A stretch of 64,000 nucleotides of DNA from Spartobacteria bacterium (GTDB taxonomy: Bacteria > Verrucomicrobiota > Verrucomicrobiia > Chthoniobacterales > UBA10450): contig PLCM01000031.1 of NCBI GenBank assembly GCA_003134765.1, forward strand, positions 129,540 through 193,539, read 5' to 3'. Shown in pieces: positions 53,735 to 62,930 of this stretch (positions within the stretch are counted from its first letter, which is position 1; each line of letters opens with the position of its first letter). Both the position numbers and the translations under genes were made by a program. The notes under the pieces were generated by a model. That model did no database searches and was not told the origin of the DNA. It saw nothing but the letters and a program-made list of their open reading frames with translations.

Positions 53735-54667
53735 TTAATTCAAAACCGGAGCTCTCTTTCCGCTCGTTGGGCCACAGCGCGCTTTCGCCGTTTCCCATTC
53801 GGAAAAATATTCGGAGATTCGTCGCGCGAATTGGCGGGGCCGCTCGGCATAAAACCGTTCACCCAATGCCATCGCCGTGTATTCCAACTCGTCCTTTCTG
53901 GACGCTATGATCGCGTTGAGAATCCCGTGACCTTGTTGGCTCGCCGGCCCGATCGAGGAGAGGCGCTGCGCCACAAACGCCAGATCGTGAACCTGCCCAA
54001 GATAATCGCCAATCGTCCTTAACTCGTCGTTCAACTCCGTGAAAACGGCGGGGGCGAGCGGACGCAACAGCCGAAGCTGATGCCAAAGCTCCTTCACCCG
54101 CTTCCGGAACGAATGCAGGTTCTTCGTGCTCGTCTTTTTGATCGCCCTTTCCAGAACCCGGCGCCCGCGCTTGTAGGTCTTCTGCACGTTTTCCCGCAAG
54201 CGTTTGCCGCCCAGGTCCTCCAACGGCCACTCCCGGATGTGCTCGAGCGTCTCGCCCAATCGCTCTTCCGCCTCCTGGGGCCATTCGGAAAACGCCGCCA
54301 GAAAGCTGTCGAGCTCAAAGGCGAGAAGCTCCTCCGTTTCCTCGAAGCTCCGTTTTTTTCCACGGGCGAATTCACGGAGCTGCCGGACCGTTTGCAAACG
54401 CACTTCCGCATCTCGGACTTCCGAAATCAGCCGGGCGACTTTGGCCAGGCATCGGTCTTCTCGTTTCCAGTCATGCCGGTCTCTTTCACCACGAACGAGA
54501 CGAAGTGCCGCCCGCGCCTTCTTCAAATGTTTCCGGGTTTCATGCACGGGTGACCCCCTGCCGTTCTGCTTCGCCCTGCTCGCTCCGATCGCCGCGTCGA
54601 TTTGGTGACAGACGATTCGGCGAATGCCATCGCCCAGGGTTTCATCAGCTCGTAGTTCGTTGCTCAT
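53735..54667 (-). CDS. CHAD-domain protein
   Basis: VHETRKHLKKARAALRL...HSFRKRVKELWHQLRLL are helical His/Arg/Lys-rich repeats typical of CHAD. The ATG at 54665-54667 is preceded by ggag. Confidence 0.8.
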   Translation of the reverse strand: MSNELRADETLGDGIRRIVCHQIDAAIGASRAKQNGRGSPVHETRKHLKKARAALRLVRGERDRHDWKREDRCLAKVARLISEVRDAEVRLQTVRQLREFARGKKRSFEETEELLAFELDSFLAAFSEWPQEAEERLGETLEHIREWPLEDLGGKRLRENVQKTYKRGRRVLERAIKKTSTKNLHSFRKRVKELWHQLRLLRPLAPAVFTELNDELRTIGDYLGQVHDLAFVAQRLSSIGPASQQGHGILNAIIASRKDELEYTAMALGERFYAERPRQFARRISEYFSEWETAKARCGPTSGKRAPVLN

Positions 54668-54678
54668 GAGTTCTCCGG

Positions 54679-55191
54679 TCAATCGTGCGCCAGAGCAACG
54701 TTGCTATACTTCGGTTTGCTGGTGACATCCCGGCCGATCCAATCGGGCGGCTCGAAAGCAGCGCAGCTTCTCAGATTATCGAACTCCACTTCCGCGACGA
54801 CGAGCCCGTCGTGCCGGCCCCGATAAACATCGATCTCGATCGTGTGCGTTTTCCAGGGCACGTCGTACCGGACTTTGCTCAATCTCCGGCCGGCCGTCGC
54901 GGGCCAGAGGGCATTGAACTGCTCCACGCTCAGACGAATCTCGCGCTCCTCGCGCTCGCCTTTCGTTCCCTCCTTGTAGGTGAGTGATCGAACCGAGCCC
55001 TTCTTGCGCAACCGAACCTGCAGGCCGCCCCGTCCGACCGCGAGATATCCCTGCTCGATGAGGTCGTGCGGAAACTTTTTCAAGTTGGGCGGAAACCGCT
55101 TCAAAAGAAATTTCCTTTCGATTTCCCGCAGAGAAACTTTCTTCGACGCACCTCGATTCGTCGATCGTACTTTAGTGAACGAGAAAAACAT
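54679..55191 (-). CDS. CYTH-domain (triphosphate tunnel metalloenzyme) protein
   Basis: REIERKFLL signature ExExK at the N-terminus of the domain, then ...VRLRKKG...EREEREI...VAEVEF. The start is uncertain (ORF open to 55356). Confidence 0.72.
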   Translation of the reverse strand: MFFSFTKVRSTNRGASKKVSLREIERKFLLKRFPPNLKKFPHDLIEQGYLAVGRGGLQVRLRKKGSVRSLTYKEGTKGEREEREIRLSVEQFNALWPATAGRRLSKVRYDVPWKTHTIEIDVYRGRHDGLVVAEVEFDNLRSCAAFEPPDWIGRDVTSKPKYSNVALAHD

Positions 55192-55358
55192 TACCGGAAC
55201 TTGCTTCTGTTTCGGCTCGCGGCGGAAGATCGTCAAAATCTTTCCTGTGACATTTCCGTGGCGACCGGTTTGTAACGCACAGATGGCAATCAGGTAACGT
55301 TCTTGTAACACGGGCATCCAGCAGGTGGACGCGATCCGTTGCGAGGTTTGGCTCACCT

Positions 55359-56687
55359 ATGCGCTTACTCTATCGCTTCGCTATTTACGCCTCCCTGCTG
55401 GCTTCCTTCGCGGCGTCGGTCGAACAGACGCGCGCGCAAACGCCGCTGCCGCCGCCGGAAACCGCCGGGTTCGAGCATGTCATTGTCGTGATGATGGAGA
55501 ACCGCTCGTTCGATCATTTTCTCGGTTGGATGCCCGGTGCGAATGGCAAACAGATCGGCCTCACTTATCTGGACAGCAAAGGCGCCGCGCATCTCACGCA
55601 CCCACTCGCTCCGGACTATCAGGGCTGCGGGTTTCTCGATCCGGGACATTCCTACAACGACGGCCGGGTGCAGTATGACAATGGCGGGGCCGATGGCTGG
55701 CTGCTCGATGGCTCGGACGAAGACCTAACCAACAACCCGAAGCAGGCCAATGATATTTACGCGATCGGGTATTACGGAAAGGACGATCTCGCTTTTCTCG
55801 GCCAGGCCGGTCCGGCCTTCACCGTTTGCGACAATTATTTTTCGGCCATCCTCTCCGCGACTTATCCGAACCGGTTTTACATGCACGCCGCGCAGACCGA
55901 CCGGCTTTCGAATACGAGCACCACATCGACGTTACCCACGATTTGGAGTCGGCTCGAGGAAAAGGGATTGTCGGGCCGATACTATTTCAGCGATCTGCCC
56001 TTCCTCGCGTTATGGGGGACGCGCTACGCGAACATCAGCAAGCCGTTCTCACAATTTCTCGCCGATGCCATGGCCGGAACTTTGCCGAACGTGGCTTTTA
56101 TCGATCCCCGTTTTGAAGACGAGGGCAGCGGCACTTCGGGCGACGATCATCCCCATGCCGACATTCGCACGGGCGAGGCATTCCTGAACCAGATTTACGA
56201 TGCTCTGCGCGGCAGCCCGGACTGGTCGAAGACCGTTCTCATTATCACTTACGATGAATGGGGCGGATTTTTCGATCACGTGCCCCCGCCGCTCGCGCCG
56301 ATCCCGACAGCTACCGCAACGGCCGGCGACGCGGATGGACGGCTCGGCTTTCGCGTTCCGTGCGTTATTATTTCGCCGTACGCGCGGCGTGGCGCCATCC
56401 CGCACGGACAATACGATCACACCTCGATCCTGAAGATGATCGAGTGGCGGTTCGGATTACCCGCGCTGTCGAACCGCGACTCGAGCGCGAACAATCTGGC
56501 AGAAGTGCTGACTTTGTCCGCGCCCGATTCTAACGCTCCCGCCTTTACCGTGCCGACTGGCCCGTTTAATCCGGCCTGTCCTCCAGCGGGCGTCGCGGCG
56601 AACGACCCTGAGGCCGCTGAATGGAAGGATGATCTCGCCGCGCTTCGCTCCCTCGCTCTTCAATCCGGCTTCAAAGGAGTGAAATGA
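55359..56687 (+). CDS. Secreted phosphoesterase-family protein (phospholipase C / acid phosphatase type)
   Basis: Signal peptide, then HVIVVMMENRSFDHFLGW, DPGHSYND and ITYDEWGGFFDHVPPP. Confidence 0.85.
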   Translation: MRLLYRFAIYASLLASFAASVEQTRAQTPLPPPETAGFEHVIVVMMENRSFDHFLGWMPGANGKQIGLTYLDSKGAAHLTHPLAPDYQGCGFLDPGHSYNDGRVQYDNGGADGWLLDGSDEDLTNNPKQANDIYAIGYYGKDDLAFLGQAGPAFTVCDNYFSAILSATYPNRFYMHAAQTDRLSNTSTTSTLPTIWSRLEEKGLSGRYYFSDLPFLALWGTRYANISKPFSQFLADAMAGTLPNVAFIDPRFEDEGSGTSGDDHPHADIRTGEAFLNQIYDALRGSPDWSKTVLIITYDEWGGFFDHVPPPLAPIPTATATAGDADGRLGFRVPCVIISPYARRGAIPHGQYDHTSILKMIEWRFGLPALSNRDSSANNLAEVLTLSAPDSNAPAFTVPTGPFNPACPPAGVAANDPEAAEWKDDLAALRSLALQSGFKGVK

Positions 56688-59143
56688 TGAAACGCGGATT
56701 AGTTCTTCTTCTCACCGTCGTTTCCTCATTCGCGGGGCTGGAAAACGCCATGGCGCTCCCGCGTCCCGATCATGTCGTCATCGTGATCATGGAAAATCAT
56801 TCGTTTAATCAGATCATCGGCAGTGCCGCCGCGCCGAACATCAACGCGCTCGCTAACGCCGGCGCTCTTTTCGTTCCCGCTTCGACCGATCCGACCGCAG
56901 CGCGTAGCGGCTCGCATGCCCTGCGGCATCCAAGCCAGCCGAATTACCTCGAGTTCTATTCCGGAAACAACCAGGGCACTCTTCAGGATGGTTATCCCGG
57001 ATCGTCGTCCGAACCGCTCGCGCCGACCCCGCCATTCAACCCGGCGAACCTCGGCGCGCAGTTGCTCGCGAAAGGATTCCGCTTCGCCACTTACTCGGAA
57101 AGTCTGCCAGCGGTCGGCTCAAATCTGGAAGCATTCACGACCGATCCCACGCAAACCCAATACCAGCGAAAGCATAACCCGGCGGTCAATTGGCAGGCCA
57201 GCGACGCGCCTGCGAATAATCATCTCGCGCCAGTTCTCAATCAGCCGTTCTTCCCGCTGGCGGGCCAGCCGGGCACAGGATTTCCCGCGGATTTCTCAGC
57301 GCTGCCGACGGTCTCAATCGTGGTGCCGAATCAACAGAACGACATGCACGACGGTACGATCCAGCAGGGTGACGCGTGGCTGAAGAAAAATATCATCGAC
57401 CCTTATCTGGCGTGGGCGCAGACGCACAACAGCCTGCTCATTGTCACGTTCGACGAAGATGGCGACGACACGCCTTCGAACCTGATCACGACAATCTTCG
57501 CCGGGCCAATGATCAAGCCGGGAAAATATACCGAGCTGGATCTGAACGCAGGGATGCCGGACGTGCGGCCGCCCGACGGGCTGATCACGCCGACCGGCAC
57601 CGCGATGAATCATTACAACATTCTCGCCACGATCGAGGACTTCTTTGGTTTGACCCACATCGGCGGCGCCGCCGGCCGGCCGGCCATCACGGACATCTTT
57701 CAAACTGTCTCCGCCGGTCCCCTGGTCGTGCCAACTGGCCTAACGAGTGTCCAGGGCGACACGGGCAATTTGTTCCCGCTCTTTTCGCAACAGCCCATCC
57801 GCTATCAGCAGGTTTACGATAAATCGCAGTTCGGCGGGACGCGGCAAACGATCAATTCGATCGCGTTTCGCGCGCATTCACCCGGCATTGCGTTCAGCGG
57901 CACGATTCCGCAATTGCAGGTTAGTTTATCAACCACGGCGAAGGCGCCGGACGGGCTCAGCTCGATCTTCGCGGATAACGCAGGCGCTGATAACACGCAG
58001 GTCTTTAGTGGTCCGCTGACGGTCGCGGTGAATAATTCGAGCACGCCCGGCGCGGTGAACAGCTTCGACATCGTCATCACTTTCACCACACCGTTCCTCT
58101 ACGATCCGTCTCGAGGCAATCTCCTTGTAGACATCCGTAATCTTCAGGGCGGCACTGAGGTCCCGCCGCTCGATCAGGAAATCGATGCAACGAACGCTCT
58201 CGGTGATTCGGTTTCGCGTGTCTATAATTACGGCGACGCGAACGCAACCGCGGCCGGCCAGACCGGGAGCACACCGGAAAAAGATACGGTGGGTTTGGTG
58301 ACGCAGTTCGGCACGACCGCAGTGCCAGCGCCTTCGCCCAGCCCTACGCCGGTTCCGAACGTGGTTCTCGCGAACATCTCTACCCGGATGGTCACAGGCG
58401 TCGGCGATAATGTGATGATCGGCGGCTTGATTATCGGAGGATCCGCGAAGAAGAAAGTCGTCGTGCGCGGTCTTGGGCCGTCGATCAGCGTCGGTGGCAA
58501 ACCAGTTGCCGGCACGGTGCAGGATCCCGTGCTCGAGTTGCACAAAGGTGACGGCAGCGTGTTGGCCGCGAACGACGATTGGAAACAAACGCAGCAGGCC
58601 GAGATCGAGCAAAGTGGGCTTGCGCCAAAAGACGATCGGGAATCGGCGATCTCGATCTCGCTCGACCCCGGAAATTACACCGTCGTAGTTTCAGGCAAGG
58701 GACAGACAAGCGGCATCGCGCTGGTGGAAGCCTACGATGTCGACCAACCCGCGGCGTCGAAACTGTTGAACATCTCGACCCGGGGCAATGTCCAGACGGG
58801 CGACAATGTGATGATCGGCGGTCTCATCATTGGCGGCTCAGATTATGGGCGCGTGATTTTCCGCGGCCTCGGACCATCGCTGAACGTGAATGGAGTTCCT
58901 GTTCCCAATCGGCTGGCTGACCCGACACTGGACCTGCGCGATGGCAACGGCGCTCCGCTCGCCTTCAACGACAACTGGAAAGATTCGCAGCAGGCCGAGA
59001 TCCAGCAGAGTGGCCTCGCGCCGGCCAACGACAGCGAAGCCGCGATCATCGGCAGTTATCCGCCGGGAAATTACACGGTGATTTTGCGCGGCAAAAATGA
59101 CACCACCGGCATTGGTCTCGTCGAAGCCTACAAACTGAACTAG
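56684..59143 (+). CDS. Secreted phosphoesterase-family protein with central unknown domain and two C-terminal ~120-aa modules
   Basis: HVVIVIMENHSFNQIIG, NQQNDMHDG, LLIVTFDEDGD. Residues about 560-686 and 693-819 are tandem NISTR...LVEAY modules. ATG 56684 overlaps the upstream stop (ATGA). Confidence 0.8.
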   Translation: MMKRGLVLLLTVVSSFAGLENAMALPRPDHVVIVIMENHSFNQIIGSAAAPNINALANAGALFVPASTDPTAARSGSHALRHPSQPNYLEFYSGNNQGTLQDGYPGSSSEPLAPTPPFNPANLGAQLLAKGFRFATYSESLPAVGSNLEAFTTDPTQTQYQRKHNPAVNWQASDAPANNHLAPVLNQPFFPLAGQPGTGFPADFSALPTVSIVVPNQQNDMHDGTIQQGDAWLKKNIIDPYLAWAQTHNSLLIVTFDEDGDDTPSNLITTIFAGPMIKPGKYTELDLNAGMPDVRPPDGLITPTGTAMNHYNILATIEDFFGLTHIGGAAGRPAITDIFQTVSAGPLVVPTGLTSVQGDTGNLFPLFSQQPIRYQQVYDKSQFGGTRQTINSIAFRAHSPGIAFSGTIPQLQVSLSTTAKAPDGLSSIFADNAGADNTQVFSGPLTVAVNNSSTPGAVNSFDIVITFTTPFLYDPSRGNLLVDIRNLQGGTEVPPLDQEIDATNALGDSVSRVYNYGDANATAAGQTGSTPEKDTVGLVTQFGTTAVPAPSPSPTPVPNVVLANISTRMVTGVGDNVMIGGLIIGGSAKKKVVVRGLGPSISVGGKPVAGTVQDPVLELHKGDGSVLAANDDWKQTQQAEIEQSGLAPKDDRESAISISLDPGNYTVVVSGKGQTSGIALVEAYDVDQPAASKLLNISTRGNVQTGDNVMIGGLIIGGSDYGRVIFRGLGPSLNVNGVPVPNRLADPTLDLRDGNGAPLAFNDNWKDSQQAEIQQSGLAPANDSEAAIIGSYPPGNYTVILRGKNDTTGIGLVEAYKLN

Positions 59144-59209
59144 AAAACGCCGCTATCCGGCGTTCGTCACCTGATTGTAACTTGGCCTCTGTCCAATGTG
59201 GGATCGAAT

Positions 59210-60034
59210 ATGAGTAACCACATGAAAACAACCTTCATCATTCTCCTGTTTGCCGGCCTCTTCGCCTCCACTTCAGCGCATGCGGAGCGCCTCGTCATCA
59301 AAGGATCGGACACGCTCGGCGCGAAGCTCGTGCCGCAACTGGCGGAGCAATTCAAATCGGATCATCCCGATGCCACTTTCGATATCGCCGCGGAAGGATC
59401 CACCACCGGGTTCGCGGCGCTCATTGACGGCACCGCCCCGATCGGCATGGCCAGCCGGCCGGCGAAGACTGAAGAGATCGCGGCCGCCAAGGCGAAAGGT
59501 GTGACGTTGAAAGAGACCACGGTCGCGTATGACGGCATCGCCGTGATCGTCAACGCAGCCAACCCGATCAAGAACCTGACCAAAAAGCAGGTCGAACAAA
59601 TTTTCACCGGCGAAGTGAGTGATTGGAGCGCGGCCGGCGGTTCCGGCGGCGCCATTTCCATTTATACGCGCAACACTTCCTCCGGGACTTATTCTGAATT
59701 CAAGGAACTCGCGATGAAGAAGCGCGATTACGCACCGAGCGCACAAAAAATGGCCGGCAACGAACAGATCGCCGCCGAGGTCGGCAAGAACCCGAATGGT
59801 GTCGGCTATGTCGGGCTCGCCTACACCAAGGCGCAGGGAATCAAAGTAGTGCCAATCGATGGCGAGTCGCCGTCGAACGACAGCGTCCAGCAGAAAAAAT
59901 ATCCGTACTCCCGACCGACATTCTTCTACACGAACGGCGAGCCGGTCGGTTTGGTAAAGCAGTTCGTCGACTTCACGCTCAGCCCGGCGGGCCAGAAGAT
60001 CGTGGCGCAAGTGGGATTTGTGCCGATCAAGTAG
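59210..60034 (+). CDS. pstS: Phosphate ABC transporter substrate-binding protein
   Basis: Signal peptide, then IKGSDTLGAKLVPQLAEQF...AAEGSTTGFAAL...GYVGLAY. The start could be 59198, 59210 or 59222. Confidence 0.93.
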   Translation: MSNHMKTTFIILLFAGLFASTSAHAERLVIKGSDTLGAKLVPQLAEQFKSDHPDATFDIAAEGSTTGFAALIDGTAPIGMASRPAKTEEIAAAKAKGVTLKETTVAYDGIAVIVNAANPIKNLTKKQVEQIFTGEVSDWSAAGGSGGAISIYTRNTSSGTYSEFKELAMKKRDYAPSAQKMAGNEQIAAEVGKNPNGVGYVGLAYTKAQGIKVVPIDGESPSNDSVQQKKYPYSRPTFFYTNGEPVGLVKQFVDFTLSPAGQKIVAQVGFVPIK

Positions 60035-60052
60035 GCTGGCGATATTTCCGGC

Positions 60053-60484
60053 GTGAAATCGAACGTCCTGTTCATCTGCGTCCATAACAGCGCCCGCAGC
60101 CAGATGGCGGAGGCGTGGCTGAATCAGATCTGCGGCGATTCATTCGCCGCCGAAAGCGCGGGATTGGAGCCCGGCACTTTGAATCCGCTCGTCGTCGAGG
60201 CGATGCAGGAAGTCGGCATCGACATTTCGAACAAAGAAACGCGAGCGGTCTTCGACGTCTTCAAATCGGGCAAACTCTTCGGCCATGTCATTACCGTTTG
60301 CGATGAAACCAGCGCCGAGCGTTGCCCGATCTTTCCCGGCGTCACCAAACGTCTTCACTGGAGTTTTCGCGATCCCTCCGCCCTGATTGGCACGCATGAA
60401 GAAAAAATGGCCGGCGTGCGAGAAATCCGGGACGAAATCCGGGAAAAAATCGAAGTGTGGTGCGCCGAAATCCGCTCCCTGTAG
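60053..60484 (+). CDS. arsC: Arsenate reductase, thioredoxin-coupled LMW-PTP type
   Basis: P-loop CVHNSARS (CX5R) plus the downstream Cys pair [14 protein letters not shown] start. Confidence 0.85.
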   Translation: MKSNVLFICVHNSARSQMAEAWLNQICGDSFAAESAGLEPGTLNPLVVEAMQEVGIDISNKETRAVFDVFKSGKLFGHVITVCDETSAERCPIFPGVTKRLHWSFRDPSALIGTHEEKMAGVREIRDEIREKIEVWCAEIRSL

Positions 60485-60663
60485 CCGGGTCGCTGCTCCC
60501 GGCAGGTTAGCATCCGTCGAAAAGGCGAACGAACCGGGGTTGCCACGGATATTCTGTAATTTCGTCTTGAGGCTCTTTTGATGGGTTTGATAAGCCCGCC
60601 TCGTCATTCGGCGTTTTTCCAGGGCCGCCTCGAGGAAACCGAAGCTCAGGGGCAACATCAATT

Positions 60664-60981
60664 ATGCGCACGAATGCCGAACAGTTTTTCACCGCATTGC
60701 GTGTTTCACTTGGATCATTTCGATGTTTAGCCATCGCGACGGTCTTCGTTTTCGCGAGCTGGGAGCTCGGTCAGGCCCAATGCACCATCGTCAATACGTT
60801 CTCGAACACCAATAGCATCGCCATCCCGGCGAGCGGAAACGCTACGCCGTATCCCTCAACCCTCACAGTGGCGGGACTGGGACTGATTTCCAGCGCGCAG
60901 GGCAGCGTGCAAGTCGCGATCAACAACTTCAGCAACGGCACCGGTGTCGGACTCGTGGAAGTTTACGACCTGGGCAAGTAG
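60664..60981 (+). pseudogene. Stub ORF: signal peptide + start of a P-domain-like segment fused in frame to the last ~12 residues of the NxSTR...LVEAY module
   Basis: ...CTIVNTFSNTNSIAIPASGNATPYPSTLTVAGLG...VQVAINNFSN joined to GTGVGLVEVYDLGK-stop. Confidence 0.4.
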
Positions 60982-61002
60982 CGAATCGCCAACGGGCGCG
61001 CT

Positions 61003-61365
61003 TTACCGCCCGTCGAACAGCGATTGCTTGCGCGATTCCTGGAGCGCGCGTTCCGCGTTTCGATAATCCTGCGTCAGATAACTGGGCGTGAAGAAAAGTG
61101 ACGAATCGCTCGAGGACGATTCAAGCCGCATCGGGATGTAGTTCCAGAACCGTGCATTGAAAAAGGGCGCACGCGCCGTCGCTTCTTCCAGCGCTCGTTT
61201 TGCTTCAATCTGTCTCTGCAAATGAAGCGTGAACAGATCCACGACCGACGGCTGCTGACGAAGCTCAAACGTTCCGCTCACGACGATCGGTGGCAGCGTC
61301 ACTTCCTGCGCGCGCGCCACGACAAGACTCAGCGCGAAAAGCACAGCGGTAGACAGCACCTTCAC
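61003..61365 (-). CDS. Hypothetical secreted protein
   Basis: A GTG start at 61363-61365 gives the signal peptide (M)KVLSTAVLFALSLVVARA. The ORF-track extension to 61467 looks non-coding. Confidence 0.4.
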   Translation of the reverse strand: MKVLSTAVLFALSLVVARAQEVTLPPIVVSGTFELRQQPSVVDLFTLHLQRQIEAKRALEEATARAPFFNARFWNYIPMRLESSSSDSSLFFTPSYLTQDYRNAERALQESRKQSLFDGR

Positions 61366-61635
61366 ATTGTCACGTTGCGGCAATCCGAAGAAAAAGGGAA
61401 ATCGATTAATCCGCCGCGAGCAAATGCTGGTGGCGGATGTCTCCGGCGGCAGCGGCGCAAACGGCATCCTCCGCCATCTTCGTCTAGCTTCTTTTTCCTC
61501 TGACGGGAGCCAGCGATTGAATTTCCTCTGTTAAGCACCAAAGGCGCGATATCGTCCAAGCTTGGGGCATCGCCCCAGGGATTTCGGTCGGAGGGGTAAT
61601 CAAGCGCTGAAGGCGCACTCCGATCTTAAATTAAT

Positions 61636-61687
61636 GGTAGGGATGGCGCGCTGCGCCGTCCGGACGCCGCAGCGCGGCGTCCCTACC
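61636..61687. repeat. Palindromic element GGTAGGG...CCCTACC (copy B4)
   Basis: ggtagggatggcgcgctgcgccgtccggacgccgcagcgcggcgtccctacc. Confidence 0.85.
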
Positions 61688-61694
61688 AATCGTG

Positions 61695-61817
61695 CTGTAG
61701 CAACGGCGCTCTGTCGCCGTTCGCCCCCAACGCCTCGACAGAGCTCGCCACGGCTAGTCCGCCCTCGCCACGGTGAGTTCGTCCAACGGCGAACATCGGC
61801 GGACGAGGCGGCTACAG
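61695..61817. repeat. Element with CTGTAGC...GCTACAG termini (variant of family C)
   Basis: ctgtagcaacggcgctctgtcgccgttcgcc ... ggcgaacatcggcggacgaggcggctacag. The termini are shared with family C but the interior differs. Confidence 0.55.
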
Positions 61818-61978
61818 CACGGAAGAAATCTACGCGTTCTTTGCCTGAACCTTGATCTCGGAATGAATCGTCCCGCGCCTGCGGGACTGGCATTTGGCAT
61901 TGCCCGAATACTCGCCGCGGCGAGCTAATCCTGATTACGCGACTTTGGCGCTAAGAGAGGTGTGCACGGCGCCCCGCC

Positions 61979-62578
61979 TTATTCCGCGCGCGCGAGAAGG
62001 CTTGGCTCTTCCGGCGGAAGGAAGCTCGCGAGCGGCTTTTCCGAAATTCGGACGTGCGTCCCGATATGAACGAGATTGTAGAGGGCGATGACATCCCTGG
62101 AGCGCATGCGAATGCAACCAAAGCTGGCCCGCCGCCCGATGCTTCGCTCCTCGGCCGTCCCATGAATGTAGATACAGCGATCGCGGGCATTCGTCGTCGT
62201 ACCGTCCATCCCTCGGAGCCAGATCACGCGCGAGACAATGGCATCGCGCCCCGGCGCATTCGCCGACACGATCTCGCCGGTCGCATTTCGATTCCTGATC
62301 ACCGCGCCGGACGGCAGGCCATCGCCAATCTTCGCGCTGACGAAGGTCTCGCCAAGCGGCGTCCTATAACTGCCGACCGCGTCACCGTTGCCGAATTTCG
62401 AGGTCGAGACGCGAAACCTCCTCAAGACTCTTCCATGCGCGATCAAGGCCATCTCCTGATCCGCGATGCTTACGACGATCCCCTCGACCGCTTTGTCGGC
62501 GCGGCAATTTGACGATCCCGCTCCGCTCCAAAAAAGGGCGAATGTTAGAGCGGAAACGAGAAAGGTCTTCGAAATCAC
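61979..62578 (-). CDS. L,D-transpeptidase (YkuD domain)
   Basis: Signal peptide, then ...CIYIHGTAEERSIGRRASFGCIRMRSRD (HG...S.GC.R catalytic motif). Confidence 0.85.
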   Translation of the reverse strand: MISKTFLVSALTFALFWSGAGSSNCRADKAVEGIVVSIADQEMALIAHGRVLRRFRVSTSKFGNGDAVGSYRTPLGETFVSAKIGDGLPSGAVIRNRNATGEIVSANAPGRDAIVSRVIWLRGMDGTTTNARDRCIYIHGTAEERSIGRRASFGCIRMRSRDVIALYNLVHIGTHVRISEKPLASFLPPEEPSLLARAE

Positions 62579-62582
62579 GCCA

Positions 62583-62930
62583 TTAGCGTTTGGCCTTGTC
62601 CGGCACCAGCAATTGCAGGTCCTCGATCAGCGAATCGATTTTTCGCAGATCTTTTCGCCGGCCCTTTTCCGGCTTCAATTTCCTTTTTCGGACATGGATC
62701 ATCAGATCGCGCAGTTCATTCAGCCGTTCGCGCGATAATTCTTCGGCTGGCTTGAGTGACCCGAGGGCTGCCCGGCTTTCCGCCAGATTAATTTCGAGCC
62801 GGGCCGCGTAAGCCCGGACCGTGGCGCGCAAATCCTGCCGAAGCTTTTCCAGTTCAGTTTCGAGCACCTTCACCGGCGAAGTGCTGACGGAGCGAGGACG
62901 GGCATTTTTTTTGTTCTTCATTGAGGTCAT
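62583..62930 (-). CDS. Hypothetical basic coiled-coil protein
   Basis: 115 aa. The start overlaps the upstream stop (ATGA at 62927-62930). Confidence 0.5.
   Translation of the reverse strand: MTSMKNKKNARPRSVSTSPVKVLETELEKLRQDLRATVRAYAARLEINLAESRAALGSLKPAEELSRERLNELRDLMIHVRKRKLKPEKGRRKDLRKIDSLIEDLQLLVPDKAKR

Noticed and set aside
59144-59209. Pho box upstream of pstS (also looked upstream of phoB at 47135-47299)
   Set aside because: I saw only weak TGTAAC/TGTCCA-like half-sites and no convincing 11-nt-spaced direct repeat. A 7-bp hairpin at 59147-59165 lacks a T-run.
2834-61817. CRISPR array
   Set aside because: The repeats are dispersed single copies or inverted pairs. I found no regularly spaced direct-repeat array and no cas genes anywhere in the window.
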